Shown: piece after piece, positions 34,676 to 43,532 of the stretch
Position numbering within the stretch: position 1 is the first letter of the stretch
How the letters are laid out: every line of letters begins with the position of its first letter
Assembly: GCA_044341665.1 (NCBI GenBank)
Contig: JBIIRG010000001.1
Coordinates: forward strand, 1-46,872
Reading direction: 5' to 3'
Source of the DNA: Phycisphaerales bacterium
GTDB taxonomy: Bacteria; Planctomycetota; Phycisphaerae; Phycisphaerales; SM1A02
Length of the DNA: 46,872 bases
Translations under genes and position numbers: made by a program
The notes under the pieces: model-generated
Database searches by the model: none
What the model saw: the letters and a program-made list of their open reading frames with translations, nothing else
Told to the model about the DNA's origin: nothing

Positions 34676-35500
34676 ATGTCGACCCTCACCGAATCCACCT
34701 TCAAGCGCATCGCCGACATCGCGCGCCGACGCTGGGGCCTCAGCCTCGGCGAGCGCAAGATGCAGCTGGTCGCAAACCGCCTCTCGTCGCACCTCCGCAA
34801 GCACGGCGGCGGCGAGATCGAGGACTACGTCCAGCGCCTCGAGCGCAACCCGAGCGAGGAGGACATGCTCGTTCTCTTCGACATCCTCTCGACGAACGTC
34901 ACGAGCTTCTTCCGCGACCCCGCGCACTTCGCGTTCCTCGAGCGCGAGCTCTACACGCCGCTCGCGAAGGGCACGCTCGCCGTGCCTGGCCGCAAGCTGC
35001 GCCTCTGGTCGGCCGCATGCTCGACGGGCGCGGAACCCTACTCGCTCGCCATGCAGGCGCTCGAGCTGCTCCCCCCAGGCAGCGGATTCGACGTGAAGAT
35101 CGTCGCGACCGACCTCTCGAACAAGGCGCTCGACGGCTGCCGGGCCGCGACCTACAGCGAGACGCAGCTCTCAGGGCTGTCGCCCGAGCGCCGCGCCCGC
35201 TGGATGACGAAGACCGACACCCCGGCCGGTCCTCAGTGGAAGGTCAAGGACGAGGTGCGCAAGCTCGTCGAGGTCCGCCGCCAGAACCTCGTCGAGAACT
35301 ACACGGGCCTCGGCCCCTTCGACGTCGTGTTCCTCCGCAACGTCATGATCTACTTCGACCGCGAGACGCGCCGCGAGGTGGTCATGCGCATGCACGGCGT
35401 CATCCGCACGGGAGGCATCCTCGCCGTCGGCAGCGCCGAGACCCTCTCTGGGCTCGACGTGCCGTTCCGGCCCGCCGCCGCCAGCGTCTACATCCGGTGA
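34676..35500 (+). CDS. cheR: Chemotaxis protein methyltransferase CheR
   Basis: 274 aa. It has ...LSTNVTSFFRDPAHF..., LRLWSAACSTGAEPYSLAM and ...VFLRNVMIYFD.... Confidence 0.9.
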   Translation: MSTLTESTFKRIADIARRRWGLSLGERKMQLVANRLSSHLRKHGGGEIEDYVQRLERNPSEEDMLVLFDILSTNVTSFFRDPAHFAFLERELYTPLAKGTLAVPGRKLRLWSAACSTGAEPYSLAMQALELLPPGSGFDVKIVATDLSNKALDGCRAATYSETQLSGLSPERRARWMTKTDTPAGPQWKVKDEVRKLVEVRRQNLVENYTGLGPFDVVFLRNVMIYFDRETRREVVMRMHGVIRTGGILAVGSAETLSGLDVPFRPAAASVYIR

Positions 35501-35535
35501 GCGTCAGGATCGCGCCGTCCAGGTCCGAGGTATCC

Positions 35536-36090
35536 ATGTCCCGAATCCCATCCATCCCTCTGAAGCACGAGCCACGGCCGGAATCGCCGCGCAGCACCGA
35601 AGGCGACAAGCTCGTCGTCGGCGTCGCCGACCTCCAGGTCTCGCGCGATGCGTCGCGATCGATCATCACCTACGCGCTCGGCTCGTGCATCGGCGTCACG
35701 CTGTACGACCCCGTCGCGAAGGTCGGCGGCATGCTTCACTTCATGCTGCCCGAGTCGACCGTCAGCGCCGACAAGGCAGCCGCCAACCCGGCGATGTTCG
35801 GCGACCTCGGCCTGCCGATCCTCTTCGACAAGGTGCTCGCCGCGGGCGCCAAGCGCGAGCGTCTCATCGTCTGCGCCGCAGGCGGTGCGGAGGTGCTCGC
35901 CGACGACGGACACTTCCGCATCGGATCGCGCAACCGAACGCTCCTCCGCAAGATCCTGTGGAAGCTCAACATCCTCCTCGCTGCCGACGACACGGGCGGA
36001 CAGCACAGCCGAACGCTCACGCTGCGGCTCGCGGACGGCACCATCTCGATCCGCTCACAGGGAAAGGACTCCACGCTGTGGCCTCGCTGA
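35536..36090 (+). CDS. cheD: Chemoreceptor glutamine deamidase CheD
   Basis: 184 aa from ATG 35536. It has ...ITYALGSCIGVTLYDPVAKVGGMLHFMLP... (catalytic Cys-His context) and ...IGSRNRTLLRKILWKLNI.... Confidence 0.85.
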   Translation: MSRIPSIPLKHEPRPESPRSTEGDKLVVGVADLQVSRDASRSIITYALGSCIGVTLYDPVAKVGGMLHFMLPESTVSADKAAANPAMFGDLGLPILFDKVLAAGAKRERLIVCAAGGAEVLADDGHFRIGSRNRTLLRKILWKLNILLAADDTGGQHSRTLTLRLADGTISIRSQGKDSTLWPR

Positions 36091-36950
36091 ACGACACCAT
36101 CGCCGCGCTCGATCGGCTCCCCGCGCTTCCCGCGACGAGCATGCGCCTCATCTCGATGCTCGCAGGCGGCGGACGCGACGCTGATCTCCGCGAGGTCGAG
36201 CGCATCGTGAGCCACGACGAGGCCGTCACCGCCTCCGTGCTCCGTCGCGCCAACAGCGCCGCACTCGGCATGCGCGGGCGGGTCGCAGGCCTCGGCGACG
36301 CGATCCGCCGCCTCGGCACCCGCGAACTCTGCCGCATCGCCCTCGAGACGCAGACCTCGGGCCTTCTCGCGAACGCCGGCCGCTCCTACGGCCTGCGCCG
36401 CGGTTCCCTCTCGCAGTCCGCACTCGGCGGCGCAGTCGCGGCCGACGAACTCGCGCTCTTCCACCGCCAGGACCGCGAGATCGCCTTTGTCGCAGCGCTG
36501 CTCCGCGACATCGGCAAGCTCGCCATCGACGCCATCGCGGGCCCCGACGCCCTCGAGAAGATCGCCGCCGCCGCCGACACCCGCCCGTTCCTCGCCTACG
36601 AGCGCGAGGCCTTCGGCGCAGACCACGCCGAACTCGGAGCCATGCTCTGCGAGCGCTGGTCGCTCCCCGCTGAGATCGTGCGAGCCGTCCGCGGCCACCA
36701 CGAGCCACCCTCCGCACCGGCCGAACCCCTCACCGACGTCGTCCACGCCGCCGACTGCGTCGCGCGCTGGGCTGGCCTCGGCCTCGGATGCGACGGACTC
36801 CTCTACCCATTCGACGCCGGCACGCGCGAACGCCTCGGCGTCACGCGCGACGACCTCGAGTCGCTCATCGCCGACGTGCTCACCGCCACCGCGCCCGAGG
36901 ACAGCGCCGGCAGCCTCGCCTCCTCCATCCACCTGAGGAAATCAGCATGA
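36078..36950 (+). CDS. HDOD-domain protein
   Basis: About 290 aa. The proposed GTG start at 36078 overlaps the cheD end by 13 nt, and the start is uncertain. It contains ...LPALPATSMRLISML......SHDEAVTASVLRRANSAALG...AIRRLGTRELCRIAL... and a later ...FGADHAELGAMLCERWSLP...VRGHH..., typical of HDOD. Confidence 0.7.
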   Translation: MASLNDTIAALDRLPALPATSMRLISMLAGGGRDADLREVERIVSHDEAVTASVLRRANSAALGMRGRVAGLGDAIRRLGTRELCRIALETQTSGLLANAGRSYGLRRGSLSQSALGGAVAADELALFHRQDREIAFVAALLRDIGKLAIDAIAGPDALEKIAAAADTRPFLAYEREAFGADHAELGAMLCERWSLPAEIVRAVRGHHEPPSAPAEPLTDVVHAADCVARWAGLGLGCDGLLYPFDAGTRERLGVTRDDLESLIADVLTATAPEDSAGSLASSIHLRKSA

Positions 36951-37345
36951 ACCCGACGCTCCACTGCCATGTGCTCGTCGTCGACGACTCGCCCATCCTG
37001 CGCTCGGCCATCAAGAAGGTCGTGAAGCTCGCAGGCGTTCCCGAAGACCGCATCTTCGAGGCCGGCAACGGCGTCGAGGCCCTCGAGGTCCTCGAGACCG
37101 TCTGGATCGACCTCGTCCTCCTCGACCTCAACATGCCCGTCATGGACGGCGAGCAGTTCGCACGCGAGCTCCGCAATCGCCCCGACATGAAGGATGTCGC
37201 CGTCGTCGTCGTCTCGACCGAGGCCAACCGCGAGCGCCTCGAGCGCATGCGCGAGCTCGGCGTCGAGCACACCCTCCGCAAGCCCTTCGAACCAGAGGCG
37301 CTCTGCCGCCTGATCTCCGACGTCCTCGGCCTCAAGCCAGCCTGA
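36947..37345 (+). CDS. cheY: Chemotaxis response regulator CheY (receiver-only)
   Basis: 132 aa. The ATG overlaps the HDOD stop (ATGA). It has VLVVDDS, LVLLDLNMPVMDG, VVVVST and LRKPF. Confidence 0.88.
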   Translation: MNPTLHCHVLVVDDSPILRSAIKKVVKLAGVPEDRIFEAGNGVEALEVLETVWIDLVLLDLNMPVMDGEQFARELRNRPDMKDVAVVVVSTEANRERLERMRELGVEHTLRKPFEPEALCRLISDVLGLKPA

Positions 37346-37361
37346 CGAAAGCGAGCCAACG

Positions 37362-37823
37362 ATGGATGCATCCACACTCCTCGACCAGCACGCGCTCGCG
37401 CGCCTCGTGATCGACGCACTCGAGCGCACGGCGTTCGTGCTCGCCGACCCGAGCCCCGCCCCCGACGCGCTGCCCGAAGCCGACACCTTCGCGCAGATCG
37501 ACTTCCACGGCCCCGACAACGGCCGCGTCGAGCTTCACGCCAGCCGCGCCTTCGCCCGCAACCTCGCCGCCAGCATCCTCGGCACCAACGCCGCCGAGAT
37601 CACCGACCTCCAGTGCGAGGAGGCACTGCGCGAGCTGGCGAACATCGTCGGCGGCTCGGTCATCACCGCCCTCGGCGGCAGCGACTGCCGCTTCTCGCTC
37701 GGACTGCCGCGCCTCGGCCGCTCGCCCCGTGCGGCCGGCACCGCCGAACTCGACACCGCCTGCATCCTCGACGCCGAGGGCGAGCGTCTCGAGGTCCACT
37801 GCCACCGCGCCCGCGCCGCGTAA
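37362..37823 (+). CDS. CheX/CheC-family CheY-P phosphatase-like protein
   Basis: 153 aa. It has the single motif ...EEALRELANIVGGSV..., which resembles the E-x2-N active-site signature of the CheC/CheX/FliY family. Its position directly after cheY supports the call. Confidence 0.55.
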   Translation: MDASTLLDQHALARLVIDALERTAFVLADPSPAPDALPEADTFAQIDFHGPDNGRVELHASRAFARNLAASILGTNAAEITDLQCEEALRELANIVGGSVITALGGSDCRFSLGLPRLGRSPRAAGTAELDTACILDAEGERLEVHCHRARAA

Positions 37824-37837
37824 GCCAGGAAGCACCG

Positions 37838-38983
37838 ATGCAGGACACGAAACCGACCGCCCCTTCCGCCCCGACGACACGCACCGCGCGCGTGCTCATC
37901 GTCGACGACAGCGCCATCGTGCGCCAGGTGCTGCAGGCCCAGCTCTCGCGGCAGCCGGGCATCGAGGTCGTCGCCACCGCGGCCGACCCACTCGCCGCGC
38001 GCGAGAAGATCCTCCAGCTCAAGCCCGACTGCGTCGTCCTCGACATCGAGATGCCGCGCATGGACGGACTCACCTTCCTCAAGAAGCTGATGAAGTTCCA
38101 TCCCGTCCCGACGATCATCTGCAGCTCGATCACGCCGAAGGGCTGCACGCTCGCCGTCGAATGCCTCGAGGCGGGCGCGTTCGAGGTCGTGTCGAAGCCA
38201 GGCGGCAACTTCAGCGTCGGTGACGTCGCGATGCGCCTCGCCGAGCTGATCCGCGCCGCGACGCACGCGCCGAAGCACGCCATCATGTCCGCGGCGGCGA
38301 CCGCACCCACGCTGACCGCCGTCAACGCCCTCACGCCTGCGAAGCCGAAGGTGCTGCCGACGACCTTCCGCCCCGGCCTCTCCGACAAGCTCATCGCCAT
38401 CGGCACCTCGACCGGCGGCACCGAGGCACTCCGCGAGGTCCTCTCCGCGCTTCCCGCCGAAATCCCGCCGATCGTGATGGTCCAGCACATGCCCGAAGGC
38501 TTCACGAAGGCCTTCGCCGACCGGCTCGACCGCCTCTGCACCATCGCCGTCAAGGAAGCCGAGGACGGCGACGCGCTCATCGCGGGCCGCGCACTCCTCG
38601 CCCCCGGCAACCGCCACATGCGCCTCGCCCGCGACGGCGCGACCAGCACGAACAAGTGGATCGTCCGCGTCGCCGACGGCCCGCGCGTCCTCCGCCACAA
38701 GCCCTCCGTCGAGGTGCTCTTCGAAAGCTGCGCGCAATACGCGGGCAAGAACGCGATGGGCATCATCATGACCGGCATGGGCAACGACGGTGCCACGGGC
38801 CTCCTCTCGATGCGCAAGGCGGGCGCACTCACCATCGGCCAGGACGAAGCATCCTGCGTCGTCTACGGCATGCCCCGCGAAGCCGCGCTCTGCGGCGCCG
38901 TCCAGGTCGTCTCTCCGCTCGACAAGATCGCGAAGGCAATCACCGACTTCGCGACGGGAGCGCTGGCCGCGCAAGCGGCCTAA
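37838..38983 (+). CDS. cheB: Chemotaxis response regulator protein-glutamate methylesterase CheB
   Basis: 381 aa from ATG 37838. The receiver domain has VLIVDDSAIVRQ and VVLDIEMPRMDG. The esterase domain has IAIGTSTGGTEAL, VMVQHMP and ...GMGNDGA.... Confidence 0.92.
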   Translation: MQDTKPTAPSAPTTRTARVLIVDDSAIVRQVLQAQLSRQPGIEVVATAADPLAAREKILQLKPDCVVLDIEMPRMDGLTFLKKLMKFHPVPTIICSSITPKGCTLAVECLEAGAFEVVSKPGGNFSVGDVAMRLAELIRAATHAPKHAIMSAAATAPTLTAVNALTPAKPKVLPTTFRPGLSDKLIAIGTSTGGTEALREVLSALPAEIPPIVMVQHMPEGFTKAFADRLDRLCTIAVKEAEDGDALIAGRALLAPGNRHMRLARDGATSTNKWIVRVADGPRVLRHKPSVEVLFESCAQYAGKNAMGIIMTGMGNDGATGLLSMRKAGALTIGQDEASCVVYGMPREAALCGAVQVVSPLDKIAKAITDFATGALAAQAA

Positions 38984-38986
38984 CCC

Positions 38987-39172
38987 GGTGCCAGGCACCT
39001 ACCTGGCACCGCCCGTGCACCTACCGCGCGGACACGGCACCTGCATGGCACCGATTCGCCCGGTGGGATCCCACGACGGAAATCGCCTGTTCAGCACTCT
39101 GCAGCTGGCACCCGACACGAGCCTGGCAGTCCTGGCTCCGCGGCGGTAGGTGCACGGCACGTGCCAGGCACC
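38987..39172. repeat. Inverted-repeat (MITE/REP-like) non-coding element
   Basis: The left arm (38987-39031) is GGTGCCAGGCACCTACCTGGCACCGCCCGTGCACCTACCGCGCGG. The reverse complement of the right arm (39139-39172) is GGTGCCTGGCACGTGCCGTGCACCTACCGCCGCGG. They share GGTGCC(A/T)GGCAC and GTGCACCTACCGC. The centre is about 105 bp with no credible ORF. Confidence 0.7.
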
Positions 39173-39180
39173 ACGCGGCC

Positions 39181-39216
39181 GAAAACGCACAGCGGCAGGC
39201 GAACCCGCCTGCCGCT
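39181..39216 (-). terminator. Rho-independent terminator of mdh
   Basis: On the - strand, AGCGGCAGGC-GGGTTC-GCCTGCCGCT is followed by GTGCGTTTTC. It begins 22 nt after the mdh stop. Confidence 0.75.
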
Positions 39217-39238
39217 GCGATTCAAATCATTCAGACGC

Positions 39239-40234
39239 TCACACCAGCTTCGGGAAGCTCGGCTGCCCAGCCTCATTCGGCTTCGCGGCCAGGCCCTTGA
39301 CCACGGCCACGAGGTCCTTCACGTGCTTCGCGCTCTCGTTGAAGAGCGCCTGCTCGTCGGCGGTCATCTTGATCTCGACGATCTTCTCCATGCCGCCCTT
39401 GCCGAGCACGCACGGAACGCCCACGAAGAAACCCGCGCCCTTCGCGCCGGGCGCGACGCCGAAGGCGTCCTCGCAGTACGCGGCGCACGGCAGGATGCGC
39501 TTCTTGTCCTTGATGATCGCCTCGGCCATCTGGATGACGCCCGATGCCGGCGCGTAGTACGCCGAGGTGCCCATGAGCTGCACGATCTCGCCGCCGCCGA
39601 CCTTCGCGCGCTGCACGCACTTGTCGATCACTTCCTTCGAGAGAAGCTGGTCGATCGGAATGCCGTGCACGCTGGTGAAGCGCGGCAGCGGAACCATGTC
39701 GTCGCCGTGGCCGCCGAGGAGCAGCGCCTGGATGTCCTCGATCGAGCAGCCGAGCTCCATCGACAGGAACGCGCGGAAGCGCGCCACGTCGAGGCAGCCC
39801 GCCTGGCCGAGCACGCGGTGCGCCGGGAAGCCCGACGCCTTCCACGCGGTGTACACCATCGCGTCGAGCGGATTCGACAGCACGATGATGATCGAGTTCG
39901 GCGCGTGCTTCGCGACCTTCTCGGCCACGCTCGACACGATGCCCATGTTGGTCACGATCAGGTCGTCGCGGCTCATGCCCGGCTTGCGCGGGATGCCGGC
40001 GGTGATCACGACGATGTCGCTGCCCTCGATGAGCGCGTAATCGCTGCCACCCTGGATATTGCAGTCGAAGCCCTCGATCGGCGCGCTCTCGTAGAGGTCG
40101 AGCGCCTTGCCCTTCGCGACGCCGTCGTTGATGTCGATGAGGACGATGTCCCCGAGTTCCTTCGAGGCGGCCCAGACAGCGCAGGCGGCTCCGGTATTGC
40201 CTGCTCCGATGATCGAGATCTTCGCGCGACGCAT
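39239..40234 (-). CDS. mdh: Malate dehydrogenase (LDH-like MDH family)
   Basis: 331 aa. It has KISIIGAGNTGAACA, ITAGIPRKPGMSRDDL (the substrate-specificity Arg), NPLDAM and GGHGDDMVP. Confidence 0.92.
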   Translation of the reverse strand: MRRAKISIIGAGNTGAACAVWAASKELGDIVLIDINDGVAKGKALDLYESAPIEGFDCNIQGGSDYALIEGSDIVVITAGIPRKPGMSRDDLIVTNMGIVSSVAEKVAKHAPNSIIIVLSNPLDAMVYTAWKASGFPAHRVLGQAGCLDVARFRAFLSMELGCSIEDIQALLLGGHGDDMVPLPRFTSVHGIPIDQLLSKEVIDKCVQRAKVGGGEIVQLMGTSAYYAPASGVIQMAEAIIKDKKRILPCAAYCEDAFGVAPGAKGAGFFVGVPCVLGKGGMEKIVEIKMTADEQALFNESAKHVKDLVAVVKGLAAKPNEAGQPSFPKLV

Positions 40235-40315
40235 TGGTTCAAACTCCGAGTTGCGGACCCGCGCCGACGCGCGGAAAGGCGGGGATGATAGCGACTCGCC
40301 CTCCGCGAAAATGCC

Positions 40316-40903
40316 CTACTTCTCGACCTTCTTTGCACCCGCGGAGACGCGGTCCGAAAGCGCAAGGCAAAGCGCCGAGACGACGAACACCATGTGGATC
40401 GCGCCCGACGCCCAGAGTTCCTTCTCGCTCGCCTGACCCGCCTGCAGGAACACACGCAGCAGCTGGATCGCGCTGATCGCGACGATCGAGTTGAACACCT
40501 TCTGCTTGAGGCCAGACGCGTCGAGCTTTCCGAGCCAGCTCGGCCGGTCCTCACTCACCACGTTCAGCCGCGACACCGAGTTCTCGTAGCCGCTGAGCAC
40601 GACCATCAGCACCAGGTTCGCCATCAGCACGATGTCGATGAGCGACAACACGTAGATCGTGGTCTGCGCTTCGGACGAGAGCGTCCCGCCCGCCGCCGGC
40701 TCCGCCGCCAGATGCGCGACCAGATGCAGCATCTCGCGACCGAACTGCACGAGCAGCGCCGCCATCGACAGCACGAGCCCGAGATAGAAGGGCGCGAGCA
40801 TCCAGCGACTGCCGAACAGCACGCGCTCGAGCAGCACCTCTCCCGGCTTCGCAGGGGCACCGGACGTCTCGATATCCGACTGGTCGTTTCCGTTCTTCGC
40901 CAT
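40316..40903 (-). CDS. UPF0114 (YqhA-like) membrane protein
   Basis: 195 aa from ATG 40901-40903. It has ...ERVLFGSRWMLAPFYLGLVLSMAALLVQF... and ...IDIVLMANLVLMVVLSGYENSVS..., which resemble the YqhA family. Confidence 0.65.
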   Translation of the reverse strand: MAKNGNDQSDIETSGAPAKPGEVLLERVLFGSRWMLAPFYLGLVLSMAALLVQFGREMLHLVAHLAAEPAAGGTLSSEAQTTIYVLSLIDIVLMANLVLMVVLSGYENSVSRLNVVSEDRPSWLGKLDASGLKQKVFNSIVAISAIQLLRVFLQAGQASEKELWASGAIHMVFVVSALCLALSDRVSAGAKKVEK

Positions 40904-41055
40904 GATCGCTTCCTGCTCCTGCCGATCGCGCGGCGAGCGCGTGACTCTGGGCCGCCAACGCCCGAGGTCGTCAACGCCCGAGGTCGTCAACGCCGTAGCG
41001 CACCAAAGAAAAAGCGCAGCCGTCACGTGGTACACCAAGTGAACGACTGCGCGTA

Positions 41056-41129
41056 TGGGCCAGAAAGGACTCGAACCTTCGACCTCACCCTTATCAGGGG
41101 TGTGCTCTAGCCAGCTGAGCTACTAGCCC
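41056..41129 (-). tRNA. tRNA-Ile (anticodon GAU)
   Basis: The reverse complement folds as GGGCTAG-TA-GCTC-AGCTGGCTA-GAGC-A-CACCC-CTGATAA-GGGTG-AGGTC-GAAGG-TTCGAGT-CCTTT-CTGGCCC-A. It is 74 nt and CCA is not encoded. Confidence 0.92.
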
Positions 41130-41154
41130 GAAACCCGCAAACCGCGGGACAGAG

Positions 41155-41183
41155 AGTGTAGCCCAACCTCGGAGGCGCTGCAA
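41155..41183 (-). promoter_or_regulatory. Sigma-70-type promoter for tRNA-Ile
   Basis: On the - strand: TTGCAG (41183-41178), a 17-nt spacer and TACACT (41160-41155), followed by a 25-nt leader with a small CCCGC/GCGGG hairpin. Confidence 0.55.
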
Positions 41184-41229
41184 CCACATGCGCCATGAAG
41201 GACTGCGTCCGCGAACCGCACCGAGCTGC

Positions 41230-42252
41230 CTACCACGCGGCCAGGTCGCCCACCAGCGGCTCCACGAGGTCCTTGATCGAGACGATCCCGAGCGGTCGCT
41301 CGGGGCGTTCAGCCACGACCGCCATCTGCACCCTCTCGCGGCGCATTCGTCCGATCGCGTCGAGCGCGGTCACCGTCGGCGGCAACAGCACCGCAGGGCG
41401 CAGGAGCTCGCCTGTCGCAGCCGACGGACGCGCAAAGTGGTCGACCGCGGCGACCACGCCCCCCACCCCCCCCCGCCGATCCACGACGGGCATGCGGCTC
41501 GCACCCGAAGAGAGGAACCGCTTCGCCCGGTCCCCTGCCGTGGCCGACTCGTCGACGCAGGCGACGAGCTTCCACGGCCGCATTTCCTGCCCCACCGTGA
41601 TGCCACGCATGGTGAACACGCGGTCCGTGAAACCGAGCTGCGCCTCGCTCAGTCCATCCGCTCCCGCCCCCTCGGCCAGCATCGCCGCCACTCTCGCGCG
41701 CGCCTCGCGCCGATCATCAGCAGACTTGCCGCCGAAGAGCCTTGTCGCCCACGCGCCGATCGCCATGACGATCGGAACGATGCCCGTCGCGCACAGCACG
41801 AGGCGGAGGGTGGAGAGCAGCACGGCGTACCGTGGCATCCAGCGGTCAGCGTGCGTGCGAAACAGGTCCTTCGGCAAGACCTCGCCGAAGAGGAACACCA
41901 CGGGCACCAGCACCACGAGGTCCAGCAGCACAGCCTGGACAGGCGCGTAGCCCAGCCCGTCGAAGATCTGCGACACGCCAAAACTGGCGGTCCATCCCGC
42001 GAGCGCGTTGGCAACAAGCAATGTCGACAGCAGTCGCCGCGGCCGCTTGTACTCCCGCTCAAGCCGTGCCGCGCCACGGTCTCCGCGCGCCGCCCGGATC
42101 GAGAGCCGCACCTGCGACAGCGAGTACATGCCGGTCTCCAAGCCCGCGGTGAGGCCTGCCGCCGCGATGCCCGCGAATGCGATCGCGCCGAACGCGACGA
42201 TCGCACCAGGGTCCAGCCCCTGTACGGGGGCTTCGATCGCAGACTGCATCAT
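41230..42252 (-). CDS. DUF21 (CNNM) plus CBS-pair membrane protein, lacking the CorC_HlyC C-terminal domain
   Basis: 340 aa from ATG 42250-42252. It has a TM-rich N-terminus (...FLFGEVLPKDLF...) and then CBS-like ...ITVGQEMRPW... and ...PLGIVSIKDLVEPLVG.... The ATG overlaps the upstream stop (ATGA). Confidence 0.7.
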   Translation of the reverse strand: MMQSAIEAPVQGLDPGAIVAFGAIAFAGIAAAGLTAGLETGMYSLSQVRLSIRAARGDRGAARLEREYKRPRRLLSTLLVANALAGWTASFGVSQIFDGLGYAPVQAVLLDLVVLVPVVFLFGEVLPKDLFRTHADRWMPRYAVLLSTLRLVLCATGIVPIVMAIGAWATRLFGGKSADDRREARARVAAMLAEGAGADGLSEAQLGFTDRVFTMRGITVGQEMRPWKLVACVDESATAGDRAKRFLSSGASRMPVVDRRGGVGGVVAAVDHFARPSAATGELLRPAVLLPPTVTALDAIGRMRRERVQMAVVAERPERPLGIVSIKDLVEPLVGDLAAW

Positions 42253-43532
42253 GGCCTGACCTCCGCCCCCAGCGACACCAGCACGCTCTTGATCCGCGCA
42301 CCGCTCACAGCCTCGACCTCGATGCGGATGTTCGCAAGCTCGACCCGATCGCCCGGCCTCGCAAGGCGAGACAGCCGCTGCATCACGAGTCCCGCCACGG
42401 TGCTCGACCGCGGCGAGACCTCCCGGCTTCCGAACATCTCGCTCCAGCGCGCGACGCTCATCTCGCCACTCACGCGCCACACGCCAGTCGCGACCTCGAC
42501 CGGCGCATCGACCTGCGGCTCCCCGGCCTCTGCGATGTCGCCGACGATTTCCTCGACGCAATCCTCGAGCGCGACCACGCCCGCGGTACCGCCGTACTCG
42601 TCCACCGCGATCGCGAGCTTGGTGCCCGTGCGACGGAAATGCTCGAGCAGCTGCTCGAGTGATGCGAGCTCCGGAACAAACCTGGCCGGCTCGATGCACT
42701 CGCGCCTCGGCGGGCGCGGCGACGCCAGCAGGTAACGCTTGAGCTGCAGGATCCCGACCACGTCATCCACATCGTTCCCCACGACGGGAAGATGCGTGAG
42801 CCGGACGCGCGCCGCGGTCTCGACGATCTCACGATCCTCGGCGTCCGAGGTTACGAACGCCATGTCCACGCGCGGCGTCATCACATCGCGGACTCGCAGC
42901 CTCCGCAGTCGCATCACGCCTTCGATCGCCTCGCGCTCGCGGAGATCGATGGATCCCTCGCGCGCGGACTGCTCGAGAAGCGCCGCAAGCTCCGCCGAAT
43001 CCACGATCCCCACCGGCTCGCCCCCTGCAGCGAGCCTCGAGAATGGCGCCAGCACGAACCGATCCACAGCCCGCGCAACCGGCGACATCGCCGTGCAGAA
43101 GAGCACCGTGGGCGTGACCGCAACGCGCGCCGATCGCGTGCGGTCCGCATTGCCGACAAGCTTGGGAAGCACCTCCGCCGAAAGCACCATGCCGAACAGC
43201 GAAAGCGCAGCAAGCAGCACCGAGAAAGCCAGGTTGTGCTCGAAGCGCGTCACCAGCACCGAGCTCACCACCAGATAGGCCGTGCTCACGATCAGGGAAC
43301 CGAGCATGGTGCTCACAAGGAGCACCCTCGGGCTCGCGAGCAACCCATCGATCCTGGCCGCCGCAGCCGCATGCGAGCGACGCAGAGACAGCCGCTCGGC
43401 CGGATTCAACGCAAAGAACGTGGTTTCCACGAACGAGAAGAATGCCATCGCCGCGAGCAGCGGCAGGAGCGCGCCCAACAGCACCCAGTCAAGGACCGCC
43501 ATCGGCGGCAGCTCGAAGGACCAGTCGTTCAC
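42249..43532 (-). CDS. Hemolysin/CorC-family transporter-associated protein (DUF21, CBS pair, CorC_HlyC)
   Basis: 427 aa. It has ...SAEVLPKLVG..., ...REAIEGVMRLRRLRVRDVMTPRVDM..., ...LAIAVDEYGGTAGVVALEDCVEEIVGDI... and a C-terminal transporter-associated domain. Confidence 0.8.
   Translation of the reverse strand: MNDWSFELPPMAVLDWVLLGALLPLLAAMAFFSFVETTFFALNPAERLSLRRSHAAAAARIDGLLASPRVLLVSTMLGSLIVSTAYLVVSSVLVTRFEHNLAFSVLLAALSLFGMVLSAEVLPKLVGNADRTRSARVAVTPTVLFCTAMSPVARAVDRFVLAPFSRLAAGGEPVGIVDSAELAALLEQSAREGSIDLREREAIEGVMRLRRLRVRDVMTPRVDMAFVTSDAEDREIVETAARVRLTHLPVVGNDVDDVVGILQLKRYLLASPRPPRRECIEPARFVPELASLEQLLEHFRRTGTKLAIAVDEYGGTAGVVALEDCVEEIVGDIAEAGEPQVDAPVEVATGVWRVSGEMSVARWSEMFGSREVSPRSSTVAGLVMQRLSRLARPGDRVELANIRIEVEAVSGARIKSVLVSLGAEVRP

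Noticed and set aside
39003-39020. TGGCAC-N5-GTGCA in both arms of the inverted-repeat element as sigma-54 (-24/-12) promoters.
   Set aside because: The -12 element is GTGC rather than TTGC. The two sites point inward toward each other and antisense to cheB and mdh, with no downstream gene to drive. This is better explained as a repeat-arm sequence.
40957-40994. A 16-bp tandem duplication, AACGCCCGAGGTCGTC (2.4 copies), between tRNA-Ile and the UPF0114 gene.
   Set aside because: The repeat is real but short and has no evident structure or context. It is most simply a slippage duplication in a promoter region and not worth a separate finding.
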